Assembly: GCA_963796565.1 (NCBI GenBank)
Contig: CAWCMA010000007.1
Span: 487,044-551,043 of the forward strand
Origin: an uncultured delta proteobacterium
GTDB taxonomy: Bacteria; Desulfobacterota; Binatia; Binatales; Binataceae
Reading direction: 5' to 3'
Length of the DNA stretch: 64,000 bases
Shown piece by piece: positions 20,266 to 30,438 of the stretch; within the stretch, counting starts at the first letter, position 1, and each line of letters begins with the position of its first letter. The position numbers and the translations under genes were made by a program. Below the pieces are notes generated by a model. That model was not told the DNA's origin and did no database searches. It was given only the letters and a program-made list of their open reading frames with translations.

Positions 20266-21762
20266 ATGCCTGATGGAGCATTCAAACTCGAAGAAGCGAC
20301 GATCGCGGAGATCCATCAAGCCTTTCGCGATCGGAGTCTTACCTGCCGTCAGCTTGTCCAACGCTACATCGATCGTATCGAGGCATATGACAGGAAGGGG
20401 TCGGCGCTCAATTCGATCGTGAACGTCAACCAGAACGCCCTTGCCGAAGCGGATCAGCTCGACGATTTGCTTTCGCGCACCGGAACGTTCATGGGCCCAA
20501 TGCATGGCATTCCCGTCGTGGTCAAAGACCAGGCCGAGACCAAAGGAATCGTCACGACATTCGGCTCGATCGCGCTGGACGGCTATATCCCCAAGGAAGA
20601 CGCGACCGTTATCGCCAAGCTCAAGGAAGCCGGAGCGATTATCCTGGCCAAATCCACGATGCCGGATTTCGCGACTTCTTGGTTCGGTTTTTCGTCGAAG
20701 AGCGGCGAAACCAAAAATCCCTACGCGCTGGACCGTGACCCCGGCGGTTCGAGTAGCGGCACCGGCGCCGCCGTGGCGGCAAATCTGGCAACGGTCGGAA
20801 TCGGCGAGGACACCGGCGGCTCGATCCGCGAGCCCGCCAGCTTCAACAACCTGGTTGGCGTTCGTGTCACTCCGGGCTTGATCAGCCGAACGGGCATGTC
20901 GCCGCTGGTCGTGTTTCAGGACACCGCCGGTCCGATGACGCGTACGGTGACCGATGCCGCGATCCTGCTCGACGCACTGGTGGGATACGATCCCAAGGAC
21001 CCCTACACGTCGGCCTATGCGATCGCCGGGCACACCGGAAGCTACACCCGGCATCTCGATCGCGACGGTCTCCGAGGCGCCCGGATTGGCGTCTTGACGC
21101 AGGTGTTTGGGAGCGACAGCGATCCGGACGCCGCGCAGGTCAACGCACTGGTCAGGGCGGCCATCAAGCGGATGGAAGCGTCGGGGGCCGAGTTCACCGA
21201 GATCGCCATGCCCAATCTGACGGAACGTATCGACGATACGTCGCTCTACTTTCTGCATTCGCGGCACGACATCGACCGGTTCCTCGGGGCGCGACCGGAA
21301 CTTTCTTACCACACGATTGGCAGCATATATCAGGCAAAGAAATACCATCCCATACTCGATCTGTTTGAATTGATCGTTCAGGGTCCGGCCCATCCCGCAG
21401 ACGATCCTGAATATTTCCGCAAGCTCGCGGCACGCGAGGACTTCCAGCGGGATGTGGTCAACATGCTCGCGCAAAAGGGCCTGATTGCGATGTGCTTTCC
21501 GTGCGTTCAAGTCTTGCCGCCGACGAAGAGCGAGGTGAAAAGCGGCAAGTGGTCCACCTTGGGCTTCCCTGCCAATACTTTCATCGCATCGCAGGCATGG
21601 ATGCCGTCGATATGCGTGCCCGCGGGCTTCACTGACAAGGGCATCCCGGTAGGAATGGAAATAGTCGTGTATCCGTATCACGAGCCGGATCTATTCAGGC
21701 TGGGATACGCATTCGAACAGGCTACACACCATCGCAGAGCCCCGGAGAGCACGACGGGTTAG
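20266..21762 (+). CDS. Amidase (amidase-signature family)
   Basis: AS signature GGSSSGTGAAVAANLATVGIGEDTGGSIREPAS and the catalytic Ser-cisSer-Lys context. Confidence 0.88.
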   Translation: MPDGAFKLEEATIAEIHQAFRDRSLTCRQLVQRYIDRIEAYDRKGSALNSIVNVNQNALAEADQLDDLLSRTGTFMGPMHGIPVVVKDQAETKGIVTTFGSIALDGYIPKEDATVIAKLKEAGAIILAKSTMPDFATSWFGFSSKSGETKNPYALDRDPGGSSSGTGAAVAANLATVGIGEDTGGSIREPASFNNLVGVRVTPGLISRTGMSPLVVFQDTAGPMTRTVTDAAILLDALVGYDPKDPYTSAYAIAGHTGSYTRHLDRDGLRGARIGVLTQVFGSDSDPDAAQVNALVRAAIKRMEASGAEFTEIAMPNLTERIDDTSLYFLHSRHDIDRFLGARPELSYHTIGSIYQAKKYHPILDLFELIVQGPAHPADDPEYFRKLAAREDFQRDVVNMLAQKGLIAMCFPCVQVLPPTKSEVKSGKWSTLGFPANTFIASQAWMPSICVPAGFTDKGIPVGMEIVVYPYHEPDLFRLGYAFEQATHHRRAPESTTG

Positions 21763-21825
21763 CGGACTTTCCAAAGAACCGATTACTCAGCGGCGGCGAG
21801 AGCGGCCCCGCCTTTTTCGGCCCTT

Positions 21826-22040
21826 TTCGGTCATCCTGAGCGAAGCGAGTCTGCGAGCGCAGTCGAAGGATCCCGCGCGGTTCTCCGCGCGCCTTGCACG
21901 CATGAGCGTCAGCCCAACGGGGGCCAAAGAGCAGGAAGCTCGATCCGATTCACAGCCGAAATTCCGAAATCGTGGATTACGCGCGGAGGACCGCGCGAGA
22001 TCCTTCGACTCCGGCAGCCTTCGCTCAGGATGACATCCAA
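21826..22040. repeat. About 215-bp imperfect palindromic element with terminal inverted repeats GGTCATCCTGAGCGAAG / CTTCGCTCAGGATGAC (MITE-like)
   Basis: Arms of about 45 bp include TCGAAGGATC and the sub-hairpins CGCGCGG-TTCT-CCGCGCG and CGCGCGG-AGGA-CCGCGCG around a roughly 90-bp core. Confidence 0.6.
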
Positions 22041-22165
22041 CCGCTAACGATCGAAAAAATCACAAACTCGCTCAGGATGACACCAGCCGCTAACGATTGA
22101 AAAAAACGCCAACTCTCAGGATGACCGAAGAGGCGGACTCGTTTAGCTCAGGATGACGGCTCTGG
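22017..22165. repeat. Degenerate tandem repeats of about 45/33 bp carrying CTCAGGATGAC (4-5 copies)
   Basis: CTCGCTCAGGATGACATCCAACCGCTAACGATCGAAAAAATCACAAA / CTCGCTCAGGATGACACCAGCCGCTAACGATTGAAAAAAACGCCAA / CTCTCAGGATGACCGAAG... / CTCAGGATGACGGCT. Confidence 0.6.
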
Positions 22166-22211
22166 TGTACGGCTTGGTAATGCGGGCATTAGAGCTTTCC
22201 AGCCTGCAACG

Positions 22212-22862
22212 TCAGATCTTCTGTTTGGTGGCGCGCCAGTCGGCGAGAAACTTTTCCAGCCCCATGTCGGTCAGCGGGTGATGCAGCATCTGCTTCATCA
22301 CACCGAACGGCAGGGTCGCGACGTGCGCCCCCATCTCGGCCGCGCGCACGAGATGGTCCGGCGTGCGGATCGAGGCCACGAGCACCTGCGTCGGGTAGCC
22401 GTAGTTGCGCAGGATGCGCAGCAGTAGCTCGACCATCGCGATGCCGTCGTGACCGATATCGTCGAGGCGCCCGACGAAAGGCGAGAGATAGGTTGCGCCG
22501 CACTTGGCCGCCGCAAGTCCTTGCAGCGGACTGAACACCAGAGTCACGTTGACTTTGATGCCGCGGTTGCTGAGCGCGCGCGTGGCCTTCAGTCCCTCGA
22601 CGACGAGCGGGCATTTGACCACGATGTTGGGATGCAGGCGCGCCAGGCGCTCGCCCTCCTCGAGCATCGCCGCTGCCTCGGTCGCCACCACCTCGGCACT
22701 GACGGGGCCGTCAACGATCTCGCAAATGTCGCGCAGCACGTCAGCGTACGGCCGCCCGGTTTTGGCGATGAGGCTCGGGTTGGTGGTGACGCCATCGACC
22801 AGGCCCCAGGTCGCGGCCTCGCGGATCTCGTTGATATCGGCCGAATCGATAAAAAACTTCAT
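22212..22862 (-). CDS. Transaldolase / fructose-6-phosphate aldolase family (TalC/Fsa type, about 216 aa)
   Basis: [13 protein letters not shown]...TTNPSL... with the Schiff-base Lys context. Confidence 0.85.
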   Translation of the reverse strand: MKFFIDSADINEIREAATWGLVDGVTTNPSLIAKTGRPYADVLRDICEIVDGPVSAEVVATEAAAMLEEGERLARLHPNIVVKCPLVVEGLKATRALSNRGIKVNVTLVFSPLQGLAAAKCGATYLSPFVGRLDDIGHDGIAMVELLLRILRNYGYPTQVLVASIRTPDHLVRAAEMGAHVATLPFGVMKQMLHHPLTDMGLEKFLADWRATKQKI

Positions 22863-23422
22863 CGCGAAGCCACTCCTCCCCCTGCGGCGGACGGCGCCCT
22901 TAGAAGGTCCGCCCGCGCCAGCGTAACCCGGTGCGGTGATTTGAGCGCGGCGAGCAATTCCGAAATCGAGGCGTTGAGCTTCGGATGGATCAGCGCGGGC
23001 GCCAGCTCGCTCATCGGCGCCAGCACGAAACGGCGCTCGTGCAACCGCGGATGTGGAACCTTGAGCGTGCGGGTGTCGATAATCTCGTTGTCGAAGAAGA
23101 GCAGGTCGAGGTCGATGATGCGCGGGCGGTACTTGGCGCGGCTCGACGCGGGCTTCTTGCCGCGCACCCGCTTGCGCCCCATCACCCGCTCGACGGCAAG
23201 CAACCGGCGCATCAGGGCGTCGGGGGCAAGTTCGGTCTCGACTTCGACCACGCCGTTGATGAACGCGCCCTTGATGTCGCCCACCGGCTCGGTCTCGTAA
23301 ATCGAGGACTGGCGCACCACCCGCGTAGTGGGCAGCGCCGCGATGCGCTGGACGCCCTCACGGTAGTTGGCCGCCCGGTCGCCGAGATTCGTCCCTAAAC
23401 CGATGAAAGCCCTATGGGGCAT
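22859..23422 (-). CDS. folK: 2-amino-4-hydroxy-6-hydroxymethyldihydropteridine pyrophosphokinase (HPPK)
   Basis: [21 protein letters not shown] motifs. Confidence 0.85.
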   Translation of the reverse strand: MPHRAFIGLGTNLGDRAANYREGVQRIAALPTTRVVRQSSIYETEPVGDIKGAFINGVVEVETELAPDALMRRLLAVERVMGRKRVRGKKPASSRAKYRPRIIDLDLLFFDNEIIDTRTLKVPHPRLHERRFVLAPMSELAPALIHPKLNASISELLAALKSPHRVTLARADLLRAPSAAGGGVASR

Positions 23423-23431
23423 CCCTGCCGT

Positions 23432-24634
23432 TCAAAACCGCAGCGCTTTGATTCGTTCCACAGCCTCTTTCAACCGATCGTTCGCCACCGTCAGGGAAAA
23501 GCGAACGAACCCCTCGCCACCCTTGCCGAATCCGGAGCCCGGCGTCACCACCACCCCGGTCTCCTTAATCACGCGCTCAGTGAAAGACACCGAGGTATAA
23601 CCCTTGGGAACCTCGGCCCAGATATAGAAGGTTGCGCGCGGCTTGGCGCATTCGAGTCCCAAGCTGCGCACCGCATCGACCATCAGGTCGCGTCTTTGCT
23701 GATAGATGGCGCAGTATTCGTGCAGCGTCTCCTCGCCGCCCTCGAGCGCCGCGATTGCCGCCTCCTGCACCGCCTGGAAGACGCCTGAGTCGATATTGGT
23801 CTTGACCTTGCCCATCGCGCCGACCGCCGCCGCGTTGCCGACCACGAATCCGACCCGCCATCCGGTCATAGAGTAGGTCTTGGAGAGCGAATGGAATTCG
23901 ACCGCGCACTCGCGCGCGCCGTCGATCTCGAGCACGCTCGGCGCCCGATAGCCGTCAAACGCTATCTCGGAGTAGGCGAAGTCATGGGCCAGGATGATGT
24001 TGTGTTTGAGGCAGAAATCGACCGCGTCCTTCAAGAAAGCGCGTTCGGCAGTCGCCGCGGTCGGGTTGTTCGGATAATTGATCCACATCAGTTTGGCCCG
24101 GCGAGCGACCTCGCCGGGGATCGCGCTCAGGTCCGGCACAAAGGCATTTTGCTTGCTGAGCCGCATGAAGTATGGCTCGCCGCCATTGAACACGCATCCC
24201 GAGTAATAGACCGGATAGCCAGGGTCGGGGATGAGCACGATATCGCCCGGATCGACGACCGCCGTGGGGAAATTGGCGATTCCCTCCTTGGAGCCGAGCA
24301 GCGCACAGACTTCGCGGGCCGGGTCGAGCCGGACCTCGAAACGGCGCCGATACCATCCCGCGGCGGCGGCGCGAAAGCGCTCGAGCCCCTCGTAGTCGGG
24401 ATAGCGATGGTTGACGGGGTCGGCGGCGGCCTCCTGGAGGCGCGCGATGATATGAGCGGGCGTGGGCAGATCGGGGTCGCCGATACCCAGGCTGATGACG
24501 TCGACGCCCTGTTGCTGGACCTCTTTTTTTAGACGGTCGAGTTCGGCGAAAAGATACGGCGGCAGCAATCCAAGTCTGGCGGCGGGCTTTATCTGCACCT
24601 TCTTGAGCTGGTCTCCGAGTTTACGATCGTACAC
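23432..24634 (-). CDS. dapL: Class-I PLP aminotransferase, probable LL-diaminopimelate aminotransferase
   Basis: PPYLFAEL N-terminal motif, NPNNPT, and SLSKTYSMTGWRVG (PLP Lys). Confidence 0.6.
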   Translation of the reverse strand: MYDRKLGDQLKKVQIKPAARLGLLPPYLFAELDRLKKEVQQQGVDVISLGIGDPDLPTPAHIIARLQEAAADPVNHRYPDYEGLERFRAAAAGWYRRRFEVRLDPAREVCALLGSKEGIANFPTAVVDPGDIVLIPDPGYPVYYSGCVFNGGEPYFMRLSKQNAFVPDLSAIPGEVARRAKLMWINYPNNPTAATAERAFLKDAVDFCLKHNIILAHDFAYSEIAFDGYRAPSVLEIDGARECAVEFHSLSKTYSMTGWRVGFVVGNAAAVGAMGKVKTNIDSGVFQAVQEAAIAALEGGEETLHEYCAIYQQRRDLMVDAVRSLGLECAKPRATFYIWAEVPKGYTSVSFTERVIKETGVVVTPGSGFGKGGEGFVRFSLTVANDRLKEAVERIKALRF

Positions 24635-25053
24635 TACTTACCACACTTGCTCCGACGCACAAACATCGCTGCGCGTGCCTGCCCACAGCCTCGCCACGAC
24701 CCTGTGGGCAACCTTGCGGCCGCGCGTGTCCTGCCGATGCTCCACGGCTCGATTTTTCCCGGCGGCCGGAGACTGAGCCGCTTTCGTCTAACCAGGGTTT
24801 CGTGGACGCGCAGATCAAAAATTCTTTTTTGGTCATTACTTTCTCTTGCCGAACCCACCGAGCAATGTTAGTTATCTTGCCGTTTGCGGTTCCGTAATCC
24901 CGGTTTGTATGAGACCTGAGAGCTTGAGAATGAAGCGCGCGGCCAAGTCGGTTGATCCCGCGTGCGAAGGGCACGCGGTAGTGTCCGGTGCGTATCGCGG
25001 CTCGGTATTGCCGCGCTGCGCGTAGGACTGGGGAGCGCTGAACTGGATTTGAA

Positions 25054-25578
25054 ATGAACCTGAACCTGAACCGCACATTGCTTACGCTGGCCCTCGTGAT
25101 GTTCGCGAGCGGGGTGGGCGTAATCGCTTTTTCGCAACGGCCGTGGGCTCCGCGATCCGACGTCCAGCAGCCCATCCCCTTCAGCCATCGCATCCACGCC
25201 GGGGTCAACAAGATCCCGTGCCAGTACTGCCATGAGTACGCCCGGCGCTCCTCGACCTCCGGCGTGCCGCCGGTGCAGCGCTGCGTTGGATGCCATGGCA
25301 GCCAGAAGAGCGGTGGATTGTTGCCGGTGACCCGTCCCTGGACCGATACCACGCAGTCCAATTTCGAAATTCGCTGGAACCGGGTATACACGTTGCCCGA
25401 CTTTGTGCGCTTTACCCATCGGCCGCATATCAACGCCGGCGTCGCTTGCCAGACCTGTCATGGCCCGGTGGAGACGATGGAAAGGATACAGCCGGTGCAC
25501 GAGATAAACATGGGGTTCTGCCTCGACTGCCATACCAAGCGCGGAGCCACCCAGGACTGCTACGTCTGCCATCACTAG
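25054..25578 (+). CDS. actA: Alternative complex III subunit ActA (pentahaem cytochrome c)
   Basis: Signal/TM anchor plus five CxxCH sites (CQYCH, CVGCH, CQTCH, CLDCH, CYVCH). Confidence 0.85.
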   Translation: MNLNLNRTLLTLALVMFASGVGVIAFSQRPWAPRSDVQQPIPFSHRIHAGVNKIPCQYCHEYARRSSTSGVPPVQRCVGCHGSQKSGGLLPVTRPWTDTTQSNFEIRWNRVYTLPDFVRFTHRPHINAGVACQTCHGPVETMERIQPVHEINMGFCLDCHTKRGATQDCYVCHH

Positions 25579-25600
25579 AGGAGCGAGAGGGACCATCCAA

Positions 25601-28516
25601 ATGTCAGAGGGCTTGTCCAGGCGGTCATTTATCAAGCTCGCCGCCACCGCCGGAGCAGCGGCGGCGATACCGGGATGCGAGCCGGCCGCCCGCAACCTGA
25701 TTCCTTACGTCGTACCCGACGAAAACGTCATTCCTGGCATGCCGACGTTCTATACGACGGTATGCACCGAGTGTCCCGCCGGATGTGGATTAGTGGCGCG
25801 CGTACGCGAGGGCCGGGTGATCAAGCTGGAGGGCAATCCCGCTGACCCGATAGGCCAGGGCTCGACATGCGCTCGCGGCCAGGCCGGGCTGCAGGAAGTC
25901 TACAATCCCGACCGTCTTTCAGGGCCCCAGAGTCGTGCTCAAAGCGGGTCCTTCGAGACGACAAGCTGGGACGACGCGCTCAAGACCTTCAACGGACACC
26001 TGGGCGCGGCATCCAAGGCCGGCAAGGACCGGGTCGCGTTCATCAGTGGCCCGCTTGGCCCGACCCAGACCAAGATCGCGCAGCTTTGGCTCGGTACCTA
26101 CGGCTCTAGCCGGATGGTGACTTACGAGCGGCTCGCCGATAACGCGGCGCGCGCCGGGGCCAAGACCAGCTTCGGGCGTGACGACCTTCCCATCTATCAT
26201 ATCGATAAGGCCGACGTCCTCATCTCCTTCGGCGCCGATTTTCTCACCACCTGGATCTCGCCGGTCGAGTTCCATCGCCAGTACGCGGCCTTCCGCACGC
26301 CCAAGCAGCGCCGCGGACAGTTGACCCTGGCACGGGCCACCTACGTCGGCCCGCTGATGACCATGACGGCGGCCAAGTGCGACGAGTGGGTCGCCACCAA
26401 CCCGGGCGACGAGGCGGCGGTCGCCTTGAGCGTGCTCAACGTCCTGGTCAAGCAGGGCTGGGTGTCGCGCAACTCGGGGGTCGACCTCGACGCGCTGCGC
26501 AAGCTGGTCGTCGATTTCGAGCCGGCGGCCGTGGCGCAAAAGACCGGGGTGTCGGCCGAATCGATCATGCGGATGGGCGAGTCGTTCGGCCAGTCCGAGA
26601 GTGCGGTCGCGATGGCCGGCACCGACGATCCGGCCCTACATAACGCGGTTGCTATCCTCAATGCCGTCACCGGCAATGTCGGCAAAACCGTGGTCTTCGC
26701 CGACGGCGGGCCGGCCCCCGCGAGCTCGCCCGCTGATGTCGAGGCCCTGGTCAAGGCGATGGCTGCCGGGGAAGTCGACGTGCTGGTGGTCGCGGGCGGC
26801 AATCCGTTGTTCTCGATGCCAGTGGCGCAAAAATTCAACGAAGCAATTGGCAAGGTCGGTTTCGTGACCTGGATGGGCACCGTGCCCGACGAGACCGCAG
26901 TGGCGGCGCACCTGCGCCTTCCCATCGATCATTCGCTGGAGACCTGGCACGACACGCAGCCGCGGGCCGGGGTTCGCGGGCTGGGTCAGCCAGTGATGGC
27001 GCGGGTGTTCGACTCGCGCCCGCTCGGCGACATCCTGCTCGCCTCGGCCCATGCCGGCGGCGCCAAGGCCGAACAAGTGCCGTGGGAGAACACGGCCGAC
27101 GCGGTCAACGCCGCATGGCAGGACCTCGGTTCCAAGGCTGGCGGGGCATTCGAGGCATTCTGGGAGAAGGTGCGCCGAGACGGCGGTTATTTCGAAGAGG
27201 TGAAGGTCGCTGCGGTCAACCTCGACAGCAAGGTTTTTGGAGCCTACGTGCCGGCGCCTGTGGCGCCCTCCGGACTCACGCTGGTTGCCGTGCCGCATAT
27301 CTTTTTCTACGACGGCCGCGGCGCGAATAAGCCCTGGCTGCAGGAGATTCCGGAGCCGGTCGCTCAATTTGTGTGGGACGCGTGGGTGCAGATCCATCCC
27401 GACACCGCGCGCAGCCTGGGTGTTTCGCAAAACGGAATCGTCGAGCTGCGCTCGGAAGCGGGTGCTATCGCACTGCCCGCGATGGTGTCCGAGCACGTCC
27501 GCCCGGGTGTGCTCGCTGTGCCGACCGGGCAGGGGCATACCGCTTACGGGCGCTATGCCAACGGCAAGGGTGCCAACGTCTGGTCGGTGCTGCCGCGGTG
27601 GGAGAAGGCGGTCGCGGTTAAGGCGCGACCGACCGGCGACGTCCGCCGTCTGGTTTCGCCCCTGTTCATGGCCGATCAGATGGAGCGCGGTATCGTGCAG
27701 ACCATCAGTATCGACGACTTCGCCAAGGGCGTGCTGCCGCCATCCGACGAACCCACGCCGCCGCAGCCCTATGAGATGTACGCGCCGTTTGCGTACCCGG
27801 TCCACAAGTGGGCGATGACCGTTGACGCCAACGCGTGCACCGGATGCAGCGCGTGCGTGGCCGCCTGTTACGCCGAGAACAATCTGCATGTGGTGGGGAA
27901 AGACTACGTCGAGATCGGGCGCGTCATGTCGTGGATCCGAGTGGAGCGCTATTTCCCGCCCAAGGACAAAGCCGACGAGTCGCCGCTGATGCAGGTGGCG
28001 CCGATGCTCTGCCAGCATTGCGACCGCGCACCCTGCGAACCGGTATGCCCGGTGTTCGCGTCGGCGCATACGAAGGAGGGGCTCAACCAGCAGATTTACA
28101 ATCGCTGCGTTGGCACTCGTTACTGCAACAACAACTGTCCCTACAAGGTGCGACGCTTCAACTGGTCGCTGCCCGAATGGGACGAACCGCTGAACTTGCA
28201 GCTCAACCCGGACGTGTCGGTGCGCGGCGCGGGCGTGATGGAAAAGTGCTCGTTTTGCATCCAGCGCATCACCTTCGCTGAACTCAACGCCTTGATCGAA
28301 AAGCGCCCGGTGCGCGACGGTGAGATTCAGCCGGCTTGTGTTCAGGCGTGCCCTTCCAAGGCGATGACCTTCGGTGACGAGGACGATCCGCAAAGCGCGA
28401 TGATGCGCCGGCGGATAGACAACAAGCTTCGCAGGTACCTGGTGCTGGAAGAGATCAACGTCGGGCCCAATGTGACCTACCTGCGAGACATCTACCAAAC
28501 GAAAGGAAAGGCGTAA
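25601..28516 (+). CDS. actB: Alternative complex III subunit ActB (Tat signal, molybdopterin-oxidoreductase-like domain + 4x[4Fe-4S] ferredoxin domain)
   Basis: RRSFIKL Tat motif; MopB-like N-terminal half; C-terminal Cys clusters CTGCSACVAAC, CQHCDRAPCEPVCP, CVGTRYCNNNCP, CSFCIQR. Confidence 0.9.
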   Translation: MSEGLSRRSFIKLAATAGAAAAIPGCEPAARNLIPYVVPDENVIPGMPTFYTTVCTECPAGCGLVARVREGRVIKLEGNPADPIGQGSTCARGQAGLQEVYNPDRLSGPQSRAQSGSFETTSWDDALKTFNGHLGAASKAGKDRVAFISGPLGPTQTKIAQLWLGTYGSSRMVTYERLADNAARAGAKTSFGRDDLPIYHIDKADVLISFGADFLTTWISPVEFHRQYAAFRTPKQRRGQLTLARATYVGPLMTMTAAKCDEWVATNPGDEAAVALSVLNVLVKQGWVSRNSGVDLDALRKLVVDFEPAAVAQKTGVSAESIMRMGESFGQSESAVAMAGTDDPALHNAVAILNAVTGNVGKTVVFADGGPAPASSPADVEALVKAMAAGEVDVLVVAGGNPLFSMPVAQKFNEAIGKVGFVTWMGTVPDETAVAAHLRLPIDHSLETWHDTQPRAGVRGLGQPVMARVFDSRPLGDILLASAHAGGAKAEQVPWENTADAVNAAWQDLGSKAGGAFEAFWEKVRRDGGYFEEVKVAAVNLDSKVFGAYVPAPVAPSGLTLVAVPHIFFYDGRGANKPWLQEIPEPVAQFVWDAWVQIHPDTARSLGVSQNGIVELRSEAGAIALPAMVSEHVRPGVLAVPTGQGHTAYGRYANGKGANVWSVLPRWEKAVAVKARPTGDVRRLVSPLFMADQMERGIVQTISIDDFAKGVLPPSDEPTPPQPYEMYAPFAYPVHKWAMTVDANACTGCSACVAACYAENNLHVVGKDYVEIGRVMSWIRVERYFPPKDKADESPLMQVAPMLCQHCDRAPCEPVCPVFASAHTKEGLNQQIYNRCVGTRYCNNNCPYKVRRFNWSLPEWDEPLNLQLNPDVSVRGAGVMEKCSFCIQRITFAELNALIEKRPVRDGEIQPACVQACPSKAMTFGDEDDPQSAMMRRRIDNKLRRYLVLEEINVGPNVTYLRDIYQTKGKA

Positions 28517-29878
28517 GTGGCTGCCGCCGCAAATGATATCAACCTGGATCCGACGTTCGCGGACATCGACCGCAGCGTCCGCGCAATCCTGACCCCTCCC
28601 GGCGTTAGGTACTGGATTTGGATTGGCTTCCTGCTGACCCTAACCCTGGCGGGAGGCGCGTTGTGGACCAATCAGATCTACAATGGCTTGCAGGTGACCG
28701 GCCTGGGCGACCCCGTGATGTGGGCGGTGTACATCACCAACTTCGTCTTCTGGGTCGGTATCGCGCACTCGGGCACCCTGATCTCGGCCATCCTTTTTCT
28801 CTTTCGTACGCGATGGCGTACCGCGGTCTACCGCGCCGCCGAAACCATGACCATCTTTGCGGTGGCGACGGCCGGTCTGTTCCCGGTCATCCACCTCGGC
28901 CGCCCGTGGTTCTTTTACTGGCTCGCGCCCTATCCCAACGAGCGGTTCCTGCAGCCGGACTTTCGCTCGCCGCTGACCTGGGACTTCTTCGCCATCAGTA
29001 CCTACCTTACGATAAGCACCCTGTTCTGGTTCACCGGGCTCATCCCGGACGTGGCCAACGTGCGCGAGGTGGCCACCGGCTGGCGCAAGAAGCTCTACAC
29101 GATCGTCGCGCTGGGATGGCAAGGCTCCGACCGCCAGTGGCGCCACTTCTCGATGGCTTATCTGCTGCTCGCGGGCCTGGCGACGCCACTGGTGCTCTCC
29201 GTGCACAGCGTGGTTAGCTGGGATTTTGCGATGGCCCAGTTGCCGGGCTGGCACAGCACGATTTTCGCGCCCTATTTCGTCGCTGGCGCGATTTTCTCGG
29301 GCGTGGCGCTCGTCCTTACCCTGCTCATTCCGATGCGCTGGATTATGGGCTTGGAGGACCTGATCACGCCTTGGCATCTGGACAACCTGGCGAAGGTAGT
29401 TTTGCTGACCTCGCTGGTGGTCAGCTACTCGTACATAGTCGAGTCGTTCATGGCCTGGTACAGCCAGGACCCGATCGAGATGATGACTTTCCACATGCGC
29501 TATTTCGGCCCGTGGGGATGGATGTTCTGGGTGATGGTTGCGTGCAACTGCGTGATTCCGCTCGCGCTCTTTTCACCCCGCATCCGCGTCAGTCCCGTCC
29601 CGCTGTTCATCGTGACGATCTTCGTCAATATCGGGATGTGGTTCGAGCGCTTCGTGATCATCGCCGGCTCGCTGGCGACCAATTTCGAACCCTCGCAGTG
29701 GCGTTTCTGGCATCCGTCACTGACTGAAATGGGAATCACCGTGGGCGCCTTCGCGTGGTTCGTGATGCTGTTCTCGCTGTTCGCGCGATTCATGCCGATC
29801 ATTTCGATGACCGAATTGAAGGAGGGCATTACCTGGCTCAAGCAGGCGCTACGCCAGGGGTATGCGAAGGCAGCATGA
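28517..29878 (+). CDS. actC: Alternative complex III subunit ActC (NrfD/PsrC-like quinol-interacting membrane subunit)
   Basis: Ten-TM NrfD-like protein immediately after ActB. Confidence 0.85.
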   Translation: MAAAANDINLDPTFADIDRSVRAILTPPGVRYWIWIGFLLTLTLAGGALWTNQIYNGLQVTGLGDPVMWAVYITNFVFWVGIAHSGTLISAILFLFRTRWRTAVYRAAETMTIFAVATAGLFPVIHLGRPWFFYWLAPYPNERFLQPDFRSPLTWDFFAISTYLTISTLFWFTGLIPDVANVREVATGWRKKLYTIVALGWQGSDRQWRHFSMAYLLLAGLATPLVLSVHSVVSWDFAMAQLPGWHSTIFAPYFVAGAIFSGVALVLTLLIPMRWIMGLEDLITPWHLDNLAKVVLLTSLVVSYSYIVESFMAWYSQDPIEMMTFHMRYFGPWGWMFWVMVACNCVIPLALFSPRIRVSPVPLFIVTIFVNIGMWFERFVIIAGSLATNFEPSQWRFWHPSLTEMGITVGAFAWFVMLFSLFARFMPIISMTELKEGITWLKQALRQGYAKAA

Positions 29879-30384
29879 GTGCGGAAGTCGAATTGGTCGG
29901 AGCGTTTGTCGACGAGGAGCGGCTGGTCCATTGCATCGGACAGCTCCAGGCGGCCCAGACCCGGTTTCGCGTGTTTTCACCGATCCCGAGCGAGCACATC
30001 AACAAGGCCATCTACAAGCGGTCGAGCTTTGTGCGATGGTTCGTGCTGCTGGGCGGAATAACCGGGATTATCACCGCCTTCGTGCTGACCATCGGCACGT
30101 CGCTCGAATGGAACTTGGTAACCGGCGGCAAGCCGATCGCCTCCATCGCCCCATACTGCATCATCGGCTTCGAGCTGATGGTGCTGTTCGGCGGCATTTC
30201 GGCGCTGACCAGTTGGATCCTGCTCGCCAACTTGCCGAGCTTCGAGCCGCTCAGCGGCTATCGCTCGCGCTTTTCGAGCGACGAGTTCGGCCTGGTGGTG
30301 CGTTGCGCCGAAGACGACGCGCAGCGCTTCGAGACGCTGTTGCGCGAGGCCGGCGCTCAGGAGATCACCCGTGAGGCCGCGTAG
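29875..30384 (+). CDS. actD: Alternative complex III subunit ActD
   Basis: ATGA overlap with actC. Single-TM protein MSAEVELVGAF.... Confidence 0.7.
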   Translation: MSAEVELVGAFVDEERLVHCIGQLQAAQTRFRVFSPIPSEHINKAIYKRSSFVRWFVLLGGITGIITAFVLTIGTSLEWNLVTGGKPIASIAPYCIIGFELMVLFGGISALTSWILLANLPSFEPLSGYRSRFSSDEFGLVVRCAEDDAQRFETLLREAGAQEITREAA

Positions 30385-30438
30385 CGGATGTTGCGGCGCC
30401 CCATACGAGCCCTGGAATCATAAGCCTTTGGAATAACG

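Noticed and set aside
22017-22165. CTCAGGATGAC tandem repeats as a CRISPR array
   Set aside because: The repeat unit is only about 11 bp of conserved core. The 'spacers' are homologous to each other (CGCTAACGATNGAAAAAA) and there are no cas genes. It is a degenerate tandem/MITE tail, not a CRISPR.
24621-25433. 270-aa minus-strand ORF across the dapL-actA intergenic region and into actA
   Set aside because: It overlaps the pentahaem ActA gene in antisense and has no domain signal. The intergenic part more likely holds the ACIII promoter (TTGCCG-17-TAGTTA at about 24846-24880, low confidence).
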